Below are positions 27,095 to 39,378 of a stretch of DNA of 64,000 nucleotides, piece after piece. Each line of letters opens with the position of its first letter. The stretch's first letter is position 1. Location: NCBI GenBank assembly GCA_965645245.1, contig OZ287071.1, positions 2,294,001 to 2,358,000 on the forward strand, in the 5' to 3' direction. The translations under genes and the position numbers were made by a program. The stretch is from Massalongia carnosa. Its lineage: Eukaryota. The notes beneath the pieces are model-generated. The model had not been told where the DNA came from. It saw nothing but the letters and a program-made list of their open reading frames with translations, and did no database searches.

Positions 27095-28105
27095 GTTGAG
27101 CACGACTGACTAGATACTATGGAAGTGTATTGACATAATTTTCGACGAAAGGAATGGTGAAGAGAAAATTATTACTGATGATGTTCTCAGTCTCAAACTG
27201 CCTAGTAATCATGTTTTGAGTCGGGGAAGTTTGATGTTGGAGAACAGGAAGGCTTCCCGCTTATGTCTGAGCGTGCTGAAGCTACCATCACCTAACATAG
27301 CGGCAGTTGATATGATGATGGGATTAGCTATACTGAACTGAGAGATTGCGGAAGGGGGGGTTTGGAACTGTTATGGGGTCGTTGTGGAGGATCGCTCTGG
27401 CTGCTCGCGCCGCTCGCGCCGCTCGCCATGCATATAAAGCGGGGGGTTCCCAAGGAGGTGGACGCTATGGTATTTGGTTAATAGGCTGACATCGAGTGAG
27501 TGAGGCGGGCAGAGGAAAATAGGAGAAGTAACCCATAGCACGAGTCCTCGGTTTGCTATTCTTTTTTGACCATTTCAAACTCCATAAAGACTCTCAGGTA
27601 ACCTCATCCTCCCTTCCCCCCTTTTTTTATTGTGCAAAAGGGCCCCCCCCCCAAATATGTAGAATATACGCCAACATCAGGAAAAAGAGCTCCTCAACAG
27701 CTTCCTTGCCCCAAAATCGCGTAGAAAAAAGGCCGTGATCGTAATTACAGTGGAGCATCATTTCCCCCCCTCCCCTATCGATAGGCAAACTCTTCCGACT
27801 GGTAGGATTTAGCGTTCTTGCCTGTAAAGGAACCTTGCAACACATTGTGCACTCAGTAATTTCAATAACCTTACATCTAAACCTCGATACACGTACACAA
27901 AATCAGCAAAGCTAACTCTTGTCTAGATCCTTATCTTCTGACTGACCTGTGCCGTTCCCAACTATTCAAACATATATGTGACTCGGTGAGTGTGGCTACC
28001 TAAATAATAAATACCCAACTCTTCTCGAACTTGTGATCCCGTATCTTTACCTCAAGGAAGTCATCAGGCCGTCCAGAAGTGCCCAGTAGAAATATGACAC
28101 ATTAA

Positions 28106-29805
28106 GTATGTTCAGCTGCATGAAAGAAGCAAATATTCATATCCTATAGGATCACCGATTCCGCACTTCTAGCTCAAGTTCGTAAAGAATCCACTGAGAA
28201 TCACTCAGAGACAAACATAACAGGGTGAGTATGTCCCATTGTAGTAGTTAAGGGAAAAAATGTTCACGTCTTTAGGGTCGTTCATTCTGAATCATGCTTT
28301 ATAGAAGACAAAGCTAAGTGAGTATGCCCAAGTGAGCTAAAGAAACAAAGACTCACTTCTTACAGAACGGTTGACCGCCATGGTGCATCTCCAGCTGAAG
28401 GAAGAAAACAATTGATAAACAGTAGCTCAGAAGTAAACTCAGAATCAAACACATTTAAGCCGGTATGTCCGAGTGAATTGAAGAAACAAAGACTCACGTG
28501 ATGTAGATTCATTGACCGCTGTGAAGCGTCTTCAGTTGAAGAATATGAAGAGGCAATCAAGAACCACTTGGAACCTAGCCTTACCAAGTATTCATACCCC
28601 CTCTCATTGGGAGACCGAGACGAAAACACTCATTTTTTATATTATAGATATATTAGTCTTAGCGACACATCACCATATAAAGATAGAGAGGAAGATGCTA
28701 CAGTCAATAAACAGAACTCCGCAAAGCGAAAGCTCAGCGAAGTTTCGGATGATGACGTGGTGGACGGCTCAGTGGTAAGGGCGAAGAAAGAACCACGGCT
28801 GGAGCCAGCTAAATCCATCTATTGCTTCATGACGAACATTAGCTAACCATCCACTTCAGAGGACATGTCGGATGTCGAGGAGGAACCTGGGTACATCCGT
28901 TGCCTGCCAAGCTTCGCAACAAGATAATGTAGTACATCTTCGCTTCCAATGTACGCAGAGTTCGCCCGTCACGGGACGCAACCTTCATGAGAGGAGTAAG
29001 AAAACTCCATGGAGAGCTAGAATCCTCTGGTGATTCTCCATGGGCTACAAAGTTCCGGAAAGATCATAAAGAGACTCTTGAATTCGCTGTATGGCTTCTC
29101 AGCTGGCCACAGGTACCAGCGTTGCAGCTGCTCGCAACATGCCAGCAGGCACACTAAGACGGCCATCACTGGCTTTACTCGGACCGTCAGTTCTACCTTC
29201 CCCCCGGTCCGGTGAACGTCAGTCAAGATTTACTGCGTTGCCTAAGACCCGAGAGCACGAGGGCAATGAAGTCCATTATATTGAGGTTTGGGCTTGAGGA
29301 TCTGCTCGGGTTGCCAGATTTCAAACGCCTTGTCAGCTCAATGAAGGAAGGGAACGGAAGTGCAGGAAGTGCAGGAAGTGACCACTGCTGGCTCACGCAA
29401 TGGAACAAGGAGCTGAAAAATGCCTACCACGCTCGGGGACTTCGCGAATATGTAACGGTGAAGTTTCGCAAGATATAGTTCAACAAGCTGTTTCTGATCC
29501 GCGACTGGCACCGCTTCGAAGAAATGCATTTAGAGATTGCAATCTGGTTTCACCCCAACTGTGCAAACGTCTGCACAACCCGGTTTACTATAAAGGGCGA
29601 TGAGTTACAAGCGCTACTTACGGAGTTTCCAGTCCCATAGAATGGCGACTTCAAAACACTTCTGCGGGCGCGTAGGCATCGCTTCCGTCCTCTGCAATGG
29701 TTTCTAAAAGATCTTAGGCATGAGGCAGAGAATATGGAGCTGATGATACAGCATCTGTACATGCATCGTGGTTCGACTTACGTGGTGGAATGGCTTCTTC
29801 GGTAA
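28106..29805 (+). pseudogene. F-box-like (LPxELRNKI type) gene with four in-frame stops and duplicated 5' intron-exon modules
   Basis: One frame from 28861 to 29805 reads PLPAKLRNKIM*YIF...LQLLATCQQAH*DGHHWLYSDRQFYLPPGP... with stops at 28930, 29155, 29476 and 29638 and no frameshift. Confidence 0.75.
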
Positions 29806-30487
29806 TACACATAGGCTATAAGTTTCTAAAGGACTGAAGAAACGGAGCTTGTCCGAGCTTTCCCTATATTTTATAACTTCGGAGCGTGTAGATACCCTTT
29901 AGTTCGGTGCATTTGGTAGTGTCGAATGGTCGGTGGAGTTGTTATCCTGTTTTCTTCCTAGTTCGAAGGTTAAGTCACTATAGATAGCTCGATAGTTCAT
30001 GTAGACCTGGGTGGGTCTAGTTTTCATAGGATTATGTGGTTTCCATGTAGCAAAAGCCGAGATTACCAATGTCTTGCACAGAGAAACCAAACAAAACGGA
30101 AAACCCAAGTCATCCAGGTTCCCAGAAAACAATGCATCATCACTTGCAGCGAAGATTTTAGCAAATAGTACATTTTCTAGGTACTTATGGGAAATTAAAT
30201 GAAGGTGCGAAACGTGCTGCAAGAAAACTTTGAAAATGAAGGGATGAAATAAAACCAACTTGGTGGCAAGCGTCAGATTATGGAAAAACAGCTCTACTAT
30301 TATTTTCCCAGCTCACAGCAAAGCCAAACTTCACTTGCCTGCAGGAACCCCCGGTTAGCGCGACTTACAGACGTAAAGTCCCTCGTTGAGAGAGCAACAA
30401 CAAAAACTCCAGATCGCGGCAATCTAAACTATCTCCTATGCCTGCCTCGAAATCGTTCACGATGCAAGCAATTCACTCCACTCTTCC

Positions 30488-32065
30488 CTAAGCTTCCTTT
30501 CTTCCCCATACCTCATCGGCTCCATGCTTTCCCTTGGTCTCGGGAACCCACCACGCAATGAATGCACCAAACGCAGCGGCCAATGCGGCAAAAACATAGT
30601 ACACCCGGCCCTTACCCAACGCCTGGTTGAGGACTGGGAAGAATTGCGAGACAAGAAACGTGGCAATCCAACTTGCCGCCAATGCCCAGCTCTGGGTCGC
30701 TCCGACAGCTTCAGGTCCTACCAGCTCGTTGGCGAGGATGAACGGGATGGGTCCAAGGCCAACTGCGAACGAAGCAACAAACAATAGCGTGGCAATGGCG
30801 GAAAGCAGCCTGAGGCTGTTAGATATTCCTGTAGCCAAGAGCACGGAGTTGATGCCCATTCCAGCAATGCTGAGAAGAAGGCAGGTCTTGCGGCCAAACT
30901 TGTCAGACAGCGGAGCACAGAGAACGGAGATGACAACATTCAACGCAGAAATGGAAACAGTGAGCAGAGCAGCGGTCGTGGGCAACAAGGCCGAGAGAAG
31001 GTTGACGGAATACATCACGATACTATTTATACCGGTAAGCTGCTGGGTAGTCATTACAACAATTACGGCAATCACAGCAGGGCGATACTGGGGGTGAACG
31101 AGAGCATTGAAGATGCTTATCGAGCCGGAGGCAGCTTTGGGAATCCGGGCTGGATGCGATCCCGGTGCTGCACTCAACAAAGATTCTTCTTCATCTGCTT
31201 GTAGTCAGTAATCGTGGAGAGCTCACTGATACAGTGAAGATACATATATCGTCGGGACTACTGCTAATACTCCACGCTTTGACCTCCTCATCAATATTTG
31301 CCTTACGTCCTCGTATCTTCCTTAGTATCGCTCTGGCTCGCTGTGGATTGTTGTGCTCCGCGAGCCACTTCGGACTCTCCGGGACTAAAAACAAGCCCGC
31401 AAGCTGCAATGCTCCAATTCCACCAGCGGTTGCTAAGATAATTCTCCACATACTATCCCTACTAAAGAAGTAGCCTAGCAGCTGGGCAATCAAGATCCCG
31501 AGATTGATCATGACTTGGGTCAGAGCACCAAACAATCCTTTTTCTTTCGGTGGAGCGATTTCTGAGATGTAGATTGGGACGACCACAACCGTCGCGCCAG
31601 CCCCGATACCCGATATGAACCTTCCAAAGGCAAGCAATGTGATGTTGGAGGCAAGGCTTTCAAAAAGAGGACCGATGACAAAGAAAATCGTCGTCAGTCG
31701 CATCGACTCGAGTCTCCCATACTTATTGCACACCGAACCTGAACTCAGGGCCCCTAGCAGGCCCCCAAGTGTATAGATCGACGAGACGACAGCAAATTGT
31801 GCCGTGTTCATACGGATACATTGTGGAAGGCTTGACTGGACCAAAACCGTTGGGATTTGCTTCTTCTGGCAGTTGATGACATCCTGCGGGGCATTCAACT
31901 CGGCCTAGCGATCGAGTCAGCTTGATCTTCCTTATGAGCTGATCAGCAGCTTACCATGTGAAACCCAAATTGAAGCGGACCCATTGTGGCGACCAGAATG
32001 AGATAACATAAATACGATGTGGTATCATGAAGGAGGGACCTCATCATGGGCTCTTCTTGCGCCAT
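30488..32065 (-). CDS. MFS sugar porter, YBR241C/VPS73-like vacuolar type, 3 exons
   Basis: GPLQFGFHM|AELNAPQDVI, GRFISGIGAG...VPIYISEIAPP..KG, PESPKWL, QQLTGINSIVMYS, GLGPIPF, PETKG. The spliced junction produces the acidic dileucine EEESLL. An in-frame ATG at 32074 is an alternative start. Confidence 0.9.
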
Positions 32066-34484
32066 GGTAAACATGCAGACCTCGCTCTTGTGTGAAACTT
32101 AGGATTAGCGGGTGTCTACCGAGTAGGTGAGTTGGAGGAGATGCTGTTTGCTGCACAAGCAGAGGATTCGGTGAGGCGATCGCATAGCCTTCTCGGGGTG
32201 GAATAACGTTGACTTTGAGCGGAGAAGCGGAATAACCATGTCCGTACTAGTTTACTGGCTAGTCACGTGATAACTTAGGTCCCGCTATGGCGTGATGGAC
32301 TGTGCATAACCAGATATATGCTCATACTTTTCACCAATCTTTCGCCTCATGTAATGGCTTGGCCATCGTTGGCAAAACTAGAATACAAAGGTGGGGAATA
32401 TACTGGTTAGATGGCGTCTTTCCATGTAGGCACGATTTTCGCATTCAAGTACGGTCCGCAATAGCTATCTATTCACCCTATCTAAACAATAATAGTCCAT
32501 AAGACATAAAAGACACAAATACCCCACAAGAACAACTACTCCGCAGCTCGCCCCGTCTTCCGATCATGTGCAAGGCAGTCATTAACTCTTCTACCCTCGT
32601 AATTGATGGCCGTTATAGACATTTGAGCCAAGAAAAGGCAAAGTGATGGCCTCAGTGACTTGGACGCCAGGTGGAGTCAAAAAATTGTCTGCAAATTAGA
32701 ATTTGGAGATCGCATAATTAACTTCATCTCTAAGAGCGTGTACAAGATGGGAAAGCAATTCAACGGAGGCTATAACGTCGGCAGCCTTTTCCACGACAGA
32801 CTAAGGGATCGGGTTAGCTTCAGTTCCGTTATTTGAAAGGCCACGCTGAGGCCTTAACCGAGGATTCTGGTTTCCTAGACATTTGCTAATGTCGCCCTGA
32901 TGACTGGATACGACTTCCCATTCGCAGGTACTACTGGCCGGAAAAGACATTGTGCTTATAAATTGCCACTTCCATTCCGGAGGGAAACGGTACTACGAAA
33001 CATATGTTAGCCCTTCATTCAAATCCCCCGAAGCTAAAAGAAACACAACCCCGGTTTTCCTTTCTTTCCTGAGTTTTTTTCCGTTGAAGGTGCTTCCTCT
33101 GGAAATTAGCCCCAAAGGGCCCAAAGGGGCTGTCATATATGCATCCAGAAGGTCTCTTGTCACTGACTTGATAATGTTTCCGGTCACAATGGTTTTGCCT
33201 TCGAAGCCGATGGCTATTGCGTAATTAGCTGGAGAAAAATATGTTAACAGCCTCTCATCATATTAATGCATGGGTTGAGCGCAAATCATGGACTTCAAAC
33301 AACGGCGGATCTCCTGGGTTGAACTGGATATTTCCGTCCAAGTAACTACGAAAGGAAAAACTGCATTTGCGCAGTTCGCATCACTTGACCTAGTTTGATA
33401 TCGCACTTTATATCATAATCTGAAACATGGAGAGGCGAATGCTGCAGTGTAAGAGCATTCCAATGCCACCTGTTCATGGCATACTCCTATGATCATATAA
33501 CAGCATAGTGTTGACATTTCTCTCTCAGTTTGTTAATCATGTCTTGAGCGCCCACGTATTGAGAGTCACGCTGTTTTGGGTCCTTTCCATCTGTACAGCT
33601 ATTTCCGATGGAATTTTTGGATCATAGTTACCCGGATGATCAAGCCTCTCTTTCATCCCGAGCACTGAGATGACTAAAAAGGAATAGAACTATTGATGTC
33701 AGCTTAGCAATCTCTTGTTCGGAATATAATGCACCACTATTCCCGTCGAAAAGCTCGTCGGCTGTAGTAGCGATACCGTGTGTCATGAACCCTGCTATCC
33801 TACGATCCTTAACACATATCGATAAACCGTTTTGCCATTCTATGAAGCTGATCGTATGACAGTTCCTCTCAGTATTACCATGCCCTCAAGCGCACATCAG
33901 TTGTTGAGGGAGCACTTTCGATTTGATTACACAGTGTGTGCCCATACCTGACAAGAACAAACTCGTCAGCGAATTCCAACGAAACCCCAGGCAATCTGAT
34001 GTGATATCGTATTCAAGTAGTAGTACCAAGTCCTCGGCAATATTATCAGTGCTGACTAGTAACAATTCACTCCCCCTGGGAACTGTGTTTAATGCCAGGA
34101 GACGTCGATCTAGCGAAGGGTGTTCCCCATATTCTTCATGGCATTGCACAAGACGCAGCGAGATAATTACTAGAACAATTTCACAAATCGTGATATCGAT
34201 ACGGCAAGAATACATAATCGTTTGAGGAAAGGAGAACCGATCATTTCTTATGTCTACGCTGATCTCAATGACTCCGATGAAGGCAGAGGAAATACAGTTC
34301 ATACTTGGCTACAGATCATGCCTAAAAAAAGTTCTACTACGGAGTGTAAAGATCACGTTGTGTTTCAAGATCAAGCGCTCAAGACCTGCTCCCTTGAAAT
34401 TACAACGACGCCATATGCGCATATCGCAAGAATATCGTCGCTGTATCTAGACCATATACGCAAGCAGAATCAGCAATATTTGAT

Positions 34485-35168
34485 TTACATCATCTCTCCG
34501 TTTACCAAATCATACGCATCACCCATGAACCGGACATTCTTCTCGACCTCCTCCCTCCCCACCACCAGCGAATTAGCCGGGAACCCCTCGTCCGAATACC
34601 CAATCGCCACCCCGCAGAAAATATCCAGCTCGTCCCCGAGCCCCAGTATCGACCGCAACACCGCCGGATACCCCGCCACCGACACCTCGGCGCACGTCCC
34701 CACCCCCCGCTCGGTCAGCGCCAACAGCAGCGTCTGCAAATACATGCCGACGCTCAGCGCGTCCGCCAGCCCCAGCTCGCGATCCATGCACACGATGGCC
34801 GCGACCGGCGCGCCGAAAAACTCATAATTTTGCCTCACGGCCGCGGCCCGGCCTTCCATGTCGTGGTGCGCGATGCCCATGCCCTGGCCATAGATCTTGG
34901 CGCCAAGCTCGGAGCGGAAGTGCCGAAAAGACGCCGGGAGCGGGGGGATTTGGGGGACGCCCGTGCTTGCGGCGGCTAGGAGGGCGGCTTTGAGCCGGGC
35001 GAGCGGCGCGCCCGTGACGACCGTCAGCCGCCAGGGTTGGATGTTGGAGTTGGAGGGGGCGTTTTGAGCGAGGGAAAGGGCGGACGAGAGGATTTCGGAG
35101 GGGACAGGCGTGGGGAGGAAGCGTCGCGTTGAGTGGCGGGCGGAGATCAGTTGTTCCAAGGTGGACAT
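34485..35168 (-). CDS. Nitroreductase-family FMN oxidoreductase, intronless
   Basis: RHSTRRFLPTPVP...AQNAPSNSNIQPWR, NYEFFGAPVA, SVGMYLQTLLLALTERGVGTC, CGVAIGY. Confidence 0.92.
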   Translation of the reverse strand: MSTLEQLISARHSTRRFLPTPVPSEILSSALSLAQNAPSNSNIQPWRLTVVTGAPLARLKAALLAAASTGVPQIPPLPASFRHFRSELGAKIYGQGMGIAHHDMEGRAAAVRQNYEFFGAPVAAIVCMDRELGLADALSVGMYLQTLLLALTERGVGTCAEVSVAGYPAVLRSILGLGDELDIFCGVAIGYSDEGFPANSLVVGREEVEKNVRFMGDAYDLVNGEMM

Positions 35169-38100
35169 GGTTTAGAAGGTAGGTTTGTGGTTTGGTGTTT
35201 GGTGCTTGGTGTTTTTAGAGGCAATCAAGGAAAGGCACTCCAAGAGGCAGTTTTGCGTGGGAGAACAGGCAAAAGCCAACGGGCAGAGTTTCAGTTATAG
35301 ATAATTATCTCAACCAACATGCCATCTCCCGGTACTTAAATACCCGTGCTCGCGACCTCGCTCCCTCCACCTCCCGACCTGTTCACGTCATCATCGTCAT
35401 CATCATCTACTCTGTTCTCTATACTCTGTAGGTGAACTTAGTCAACTATCTAGCTTAATTACAAAGCCATCCATCCATCCCTCCCTCCCTCTCTCCCTCT
35501 TTCATCTTTTCCTCGGAAAACGCACCCGCTCCCCCCCAACAAGAAAGAGGATTTCCGCGGGCTGGATTTCCGGTGGGATATCTAAATAGGTGTGAGGTAG
35601 AGAGATGTATGTAGTGTCATCGTGCATGCATCCCGAAGTAACAGCCTAGGGACGGGCGGTAGAGTCAGCATGCGTTGCATGCACGTAACTAGCTATGTCA
35701 GCGCGCAGCAGTTCGGTTCGGTCGGTCGGGTTGTGATAGGAGAAAGAAGGGCAAGTTGAAATGTACAACTAAAGGGCGGAAAAAGGAAAATGGCTCTTTT
35801 TCTCTTTCGATGGGGAGGGTGTTAAATTTGGAAGATAATGATGCCGATGATGGCTTTCTATCGAGATGATCTTGAGGTGCTTATAACTGCTGATTATTTT
35901 TATTCTATTTACTTCGTCACTTGTAGTGACCAGGTAGATAGGTAACTAGTTAAGTATTTCAAGAAGCGGATATTACATGTGATGTTGAATTTTCAATTTT
36001 CTTCTTCCTTATGTATTTCGGAAAAGCTTTGTGTTTATCAGGAATAATCGTATGAACAACTTGCTTCTCTGTTTTAGTCTCTTCGCATAACTGTTGCTTA
36101 AAGCCTTCCATCAATGCAAATAGGGGCGTCGTTCGGAATCTCCCATATTCTTCGTGATGCGCGAAAGCCTGCACCTATTCTCCACCAAACCGGTTCAAGG
36201 TCTCTCTGGTGGTGCTATTGTTGTTACTGTTATTGCGCAACTGATCTTTGAGAACGGCAAGGTTTCGCTCATGTCTGAATGCTTACAGAGAACATTAGGG
36301 GGGGGGATCCTGGAAAAAGGAATGAGCTTAGCAGTGGAGTTTGCTAGAGAGAATATATTGAGACTGGACTGGATGGGCGACCGATTTAGAGCGAATCATC
36401 TCGGTTGTGACGCACATTGTCATCACATCATGTAAAATTTGCATATGACCGTGGAATTTCTCTATATATGAGGTTTGTTGTAATATCACCCACGGAAAAG
36501 CACGAGTTGCGGAAGAGCCGAAACTCCTGATCCTGAAGCTAAAGCCTTGGGTTATCCAGAAAGGTATTCTAGGAGGTTACAAGCTTAGCTTCCAAGGAAT
36601 GAAACTTGCAGTGAAAATGAAAAGAGAAGAGAGCGTAAGTTGAATCCAATGTGAGAACAAAGGCTGGGAAACTTTTAAGGTTCGATATGTGCAATGTTTC
36701 ATAAGAACTCTCGCGTTGGAATCGTATTGACGGGTTTCACTTTGCAGAATCTGACCGGAAGCTTTTCGAGAATTGTCAACATAAGAGCTAGGTGATGCAA
36801 TTCGACCAAATGCACATAGAACCGGCACGAAGGGAATATTTTACGAAGGATTTTATTTTATGATTTTCTTTTCTCCCCCATGTAATGTTCGCCGAAGATT
36901 TTTTGACACCTCACCTTGAGGATAACAACACACTTGGATTTCGGGAGCAAAAAAACATCCTCTGAGGAGATGAGAAAAATATACTCTCCTAGGAAGATTA
37001 ACCTGATGCTTTGTTATCTCTACGAGCTTGGAGTGATTCGGTGCCGGGACCGAGTGAAGGCATAGCCGATGAAGGCCGGAGGCCGAAGAGGGTGTTGTCC
37101 AGAAGTTAAGAAAGAGGACATACACAGATGATTTTGCGGTACTCTTTTCCTTATCATCGTTAATTCGGAGTTCAGCATCTAAAAGTTTTTTTTATAAAAA
37201 AACAAAACCAGGCGCACAGATAGATGAAGTTTTCTCCCTCACTGCTGTTAAAATAAAGCTATTATATTATAAGAGGCCTCCTGTAAAACTAAGCGCCAGT
37301 AGAGCAGCAGCGAGGGGAGTATTGCCCAATCATAGATAGTAGTTACATATATGAATCAGCTGACACGAGGGAGCTCGCGAGTTACTTGCGTGGTTTTCAA
37401 GTATTGAGGTCTCCATACACCAAAGGGTCAAATCTCGACATCTTTGCTGCTGGGATATAATAAAGTAGCTAGAAAGTAGAACCTAGAGGTAGACATGGAA
37501 AAAGAAATACTTGTACTTGAGTCGGGTTAACTTAATTATGGAAATTCGATGTTCTATTTACTCTTTTCTGGAAAGCGACGCGAAATAATACTAATTTTCT
37601 GGATTTGATGATAATGAATAATAAGAGAGTTCAAGTGACATGTTCTTAAAAACCCACGTTTCGTGCATTAAACACGATCTGCGATCAACGGATTGTGTAT
37701 TCCCCTACTCTTAACCGAGTTAATTCATGACGAAATTCGGATGCTCTGCATTCCGAGCCATTAGACCTATTCACATAGTTTCTAGGGGAAATGCTCCATG
37801 GCTCTTTCAAGAACTCTAAGTGTAATGGAGTATATACCAACCTTAGGCACATGGGTTGCTGTCTTGCACGAACTCTGACATGATGCCTGTGCCCTAAAGA
37901 TAAGGATCATATGTTTCATGAATTAAATTTGAGTGTTTTAGCTGAATAGAAAGAGAGCGAGGGTATAGTATGTAACAGTATTAGGCCAAATATTGAAATC
38001 TTTGATTTGCGGATCTTCTCCGGGCAAAGAAGCAGCAGATGGATGTTATGGTTGGAGAGGAAAGAAATGTAGTAACCCATAGTTCTCAATGAAAGATAAT

Positions 38101-38658
38101 TGCTTTAAAGAAGGAAGAAATAGAAGAAGAAAGTATGGATAGGTGGAGAATAATCACGGATGGCCCTTGCTCGTGGGGAGTTTGAGGGACTGTTGCAAAA
38201 GTCCTGCAAGGGCGAGAACTTGAATGATAAATCACCGAAGAATGCATCAATGTTAGAAAAACTAGCAGTAATCTTAGTGGGGAGCTACGTTACAGAGCTC
38301 CTTTGCCGCATTGAGAGTAGCTTTCTCATTATGGCGACTTGAAAACCCGTTAATTAACACAATTCGGATATTCTATACGGTGAATACATACGTTTTATTT
38401 TTCGCTCATTGTAAGAACTACCGCATTCCTAGTATGTCTCAGTTCTATCACATCATAGAGTCCCCTTAAGCCTAGCGAAATCACCCGAAATCTGGCTCCA
38501 CAGTTCTGACACTATCCTCGGTATCGGAGCTGCTCTCGGAGGTCGAAATCAAATGGGCCTTGAGCCTGCTTCAAATCAACTGGCGGCTTCAGGCTATGGC
38601 TGACGTCGAGTAGAGGTTTGGCCTTGTCAGGGGAAATATTTCATGGACGGCTGAGAAC

Positions 38659-39378
38659 TTACTGAAGCATGAAACTTCCTCTTCTTTCCACATATTCTCT
38701 AAAGTCGGCATCCAGTTGTTGAAGGCTTTCGGTATCGAGTGCGGTCGTCCAGCCTCTGTCGAGCCATGGTCGTGTAGTGCAAAAGAACTGAGCACCAGGA
38801 GTCTTCAAGAAGGCAGAACTTGACCTCTTCATTGCCGTGTTGATTGCCTCATAACTAATTGGATTCTTTCCCCTCCTAAATGGATTAAAAATCCGGTAAA
38901 GATCAATCTCAAGACTGACGTGTGTGTACTGTAGCGTGCTGTCGATGTATGAACATAGAGCACGAAGAACCGGGTTCTCTAGCGATTTCGCCTCGCAGGC
39001 GAAGTGTATTTTTCTAACATACTGTGCTGCACCGTTTATTTCCAGGAAGAAGTCCCTGATGTACGAAATGTCCCGATGAAGGTAATGGTCACCATTTGTT
39101 GGGCGACGGAGATCAAAGCTAAACGTGTTCTCACCGTAAAAAATTGACCTGGCTTCGTAATGTATGGCTCGATTGACAAAGAGCAGAGAGAAAATAGTAT
39201 TCGGAAGCCCCCGGTGCCTCAAGCCGTAGCATAAACGGTTGTCTCCTGATCGTAGCTCCATTGAGAAATGAGAGTCTTTGCTGGTGAGCACATATCTGTA
39301 AATCTTATTGCGGATTTCTGGAGGAAGTTTTTCAAAAAGAAAGTGATCCTCAGGAAATCGCTTTTTTCTGCTGAACAT
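38659..39378 (-). CDS. F-box-like domain protein (FxxLPPEIRNKIY ... LLxVNRAIHxEA..FYGENTF type)
   Basis: Intact 239-aa ORF carrying both family motifs, inside AT-richer ORF-poor DNA. Confidence 0.8.
   Translation of the reverse strand: MFSRKKRFPEDHFLFEKLPPEIRNKIYRYVLTSKDSHFSMELRSGDNRLCYGLRHRGLPNTIFSLLFVNRAIHYEARSIFYGENTFSFDLRRPTNGDHYLHRDISYIRDFFLEINGAAQYVRKIHFACEAKSLENPVLRALCSYIDSTLQYTHVSLEIDLYRIFNPFRRGKNPISYEAINTAMKRSSSAFLKTPGAQFFCTTRPWLDRGWTTALDTESLQQLDADFREYVERRGSFMLQ

Noticed and set aside
28861..29805. Alternative genetic code or A-to-I stop-codon editing explaining TAG/TAA
   Set aside because: Conserved genes here terminate with TAG (sugar porter, phosphatase), the first two stops fall at non-Trp motif positions, and one is TAA. 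Mutational decay is simpler.
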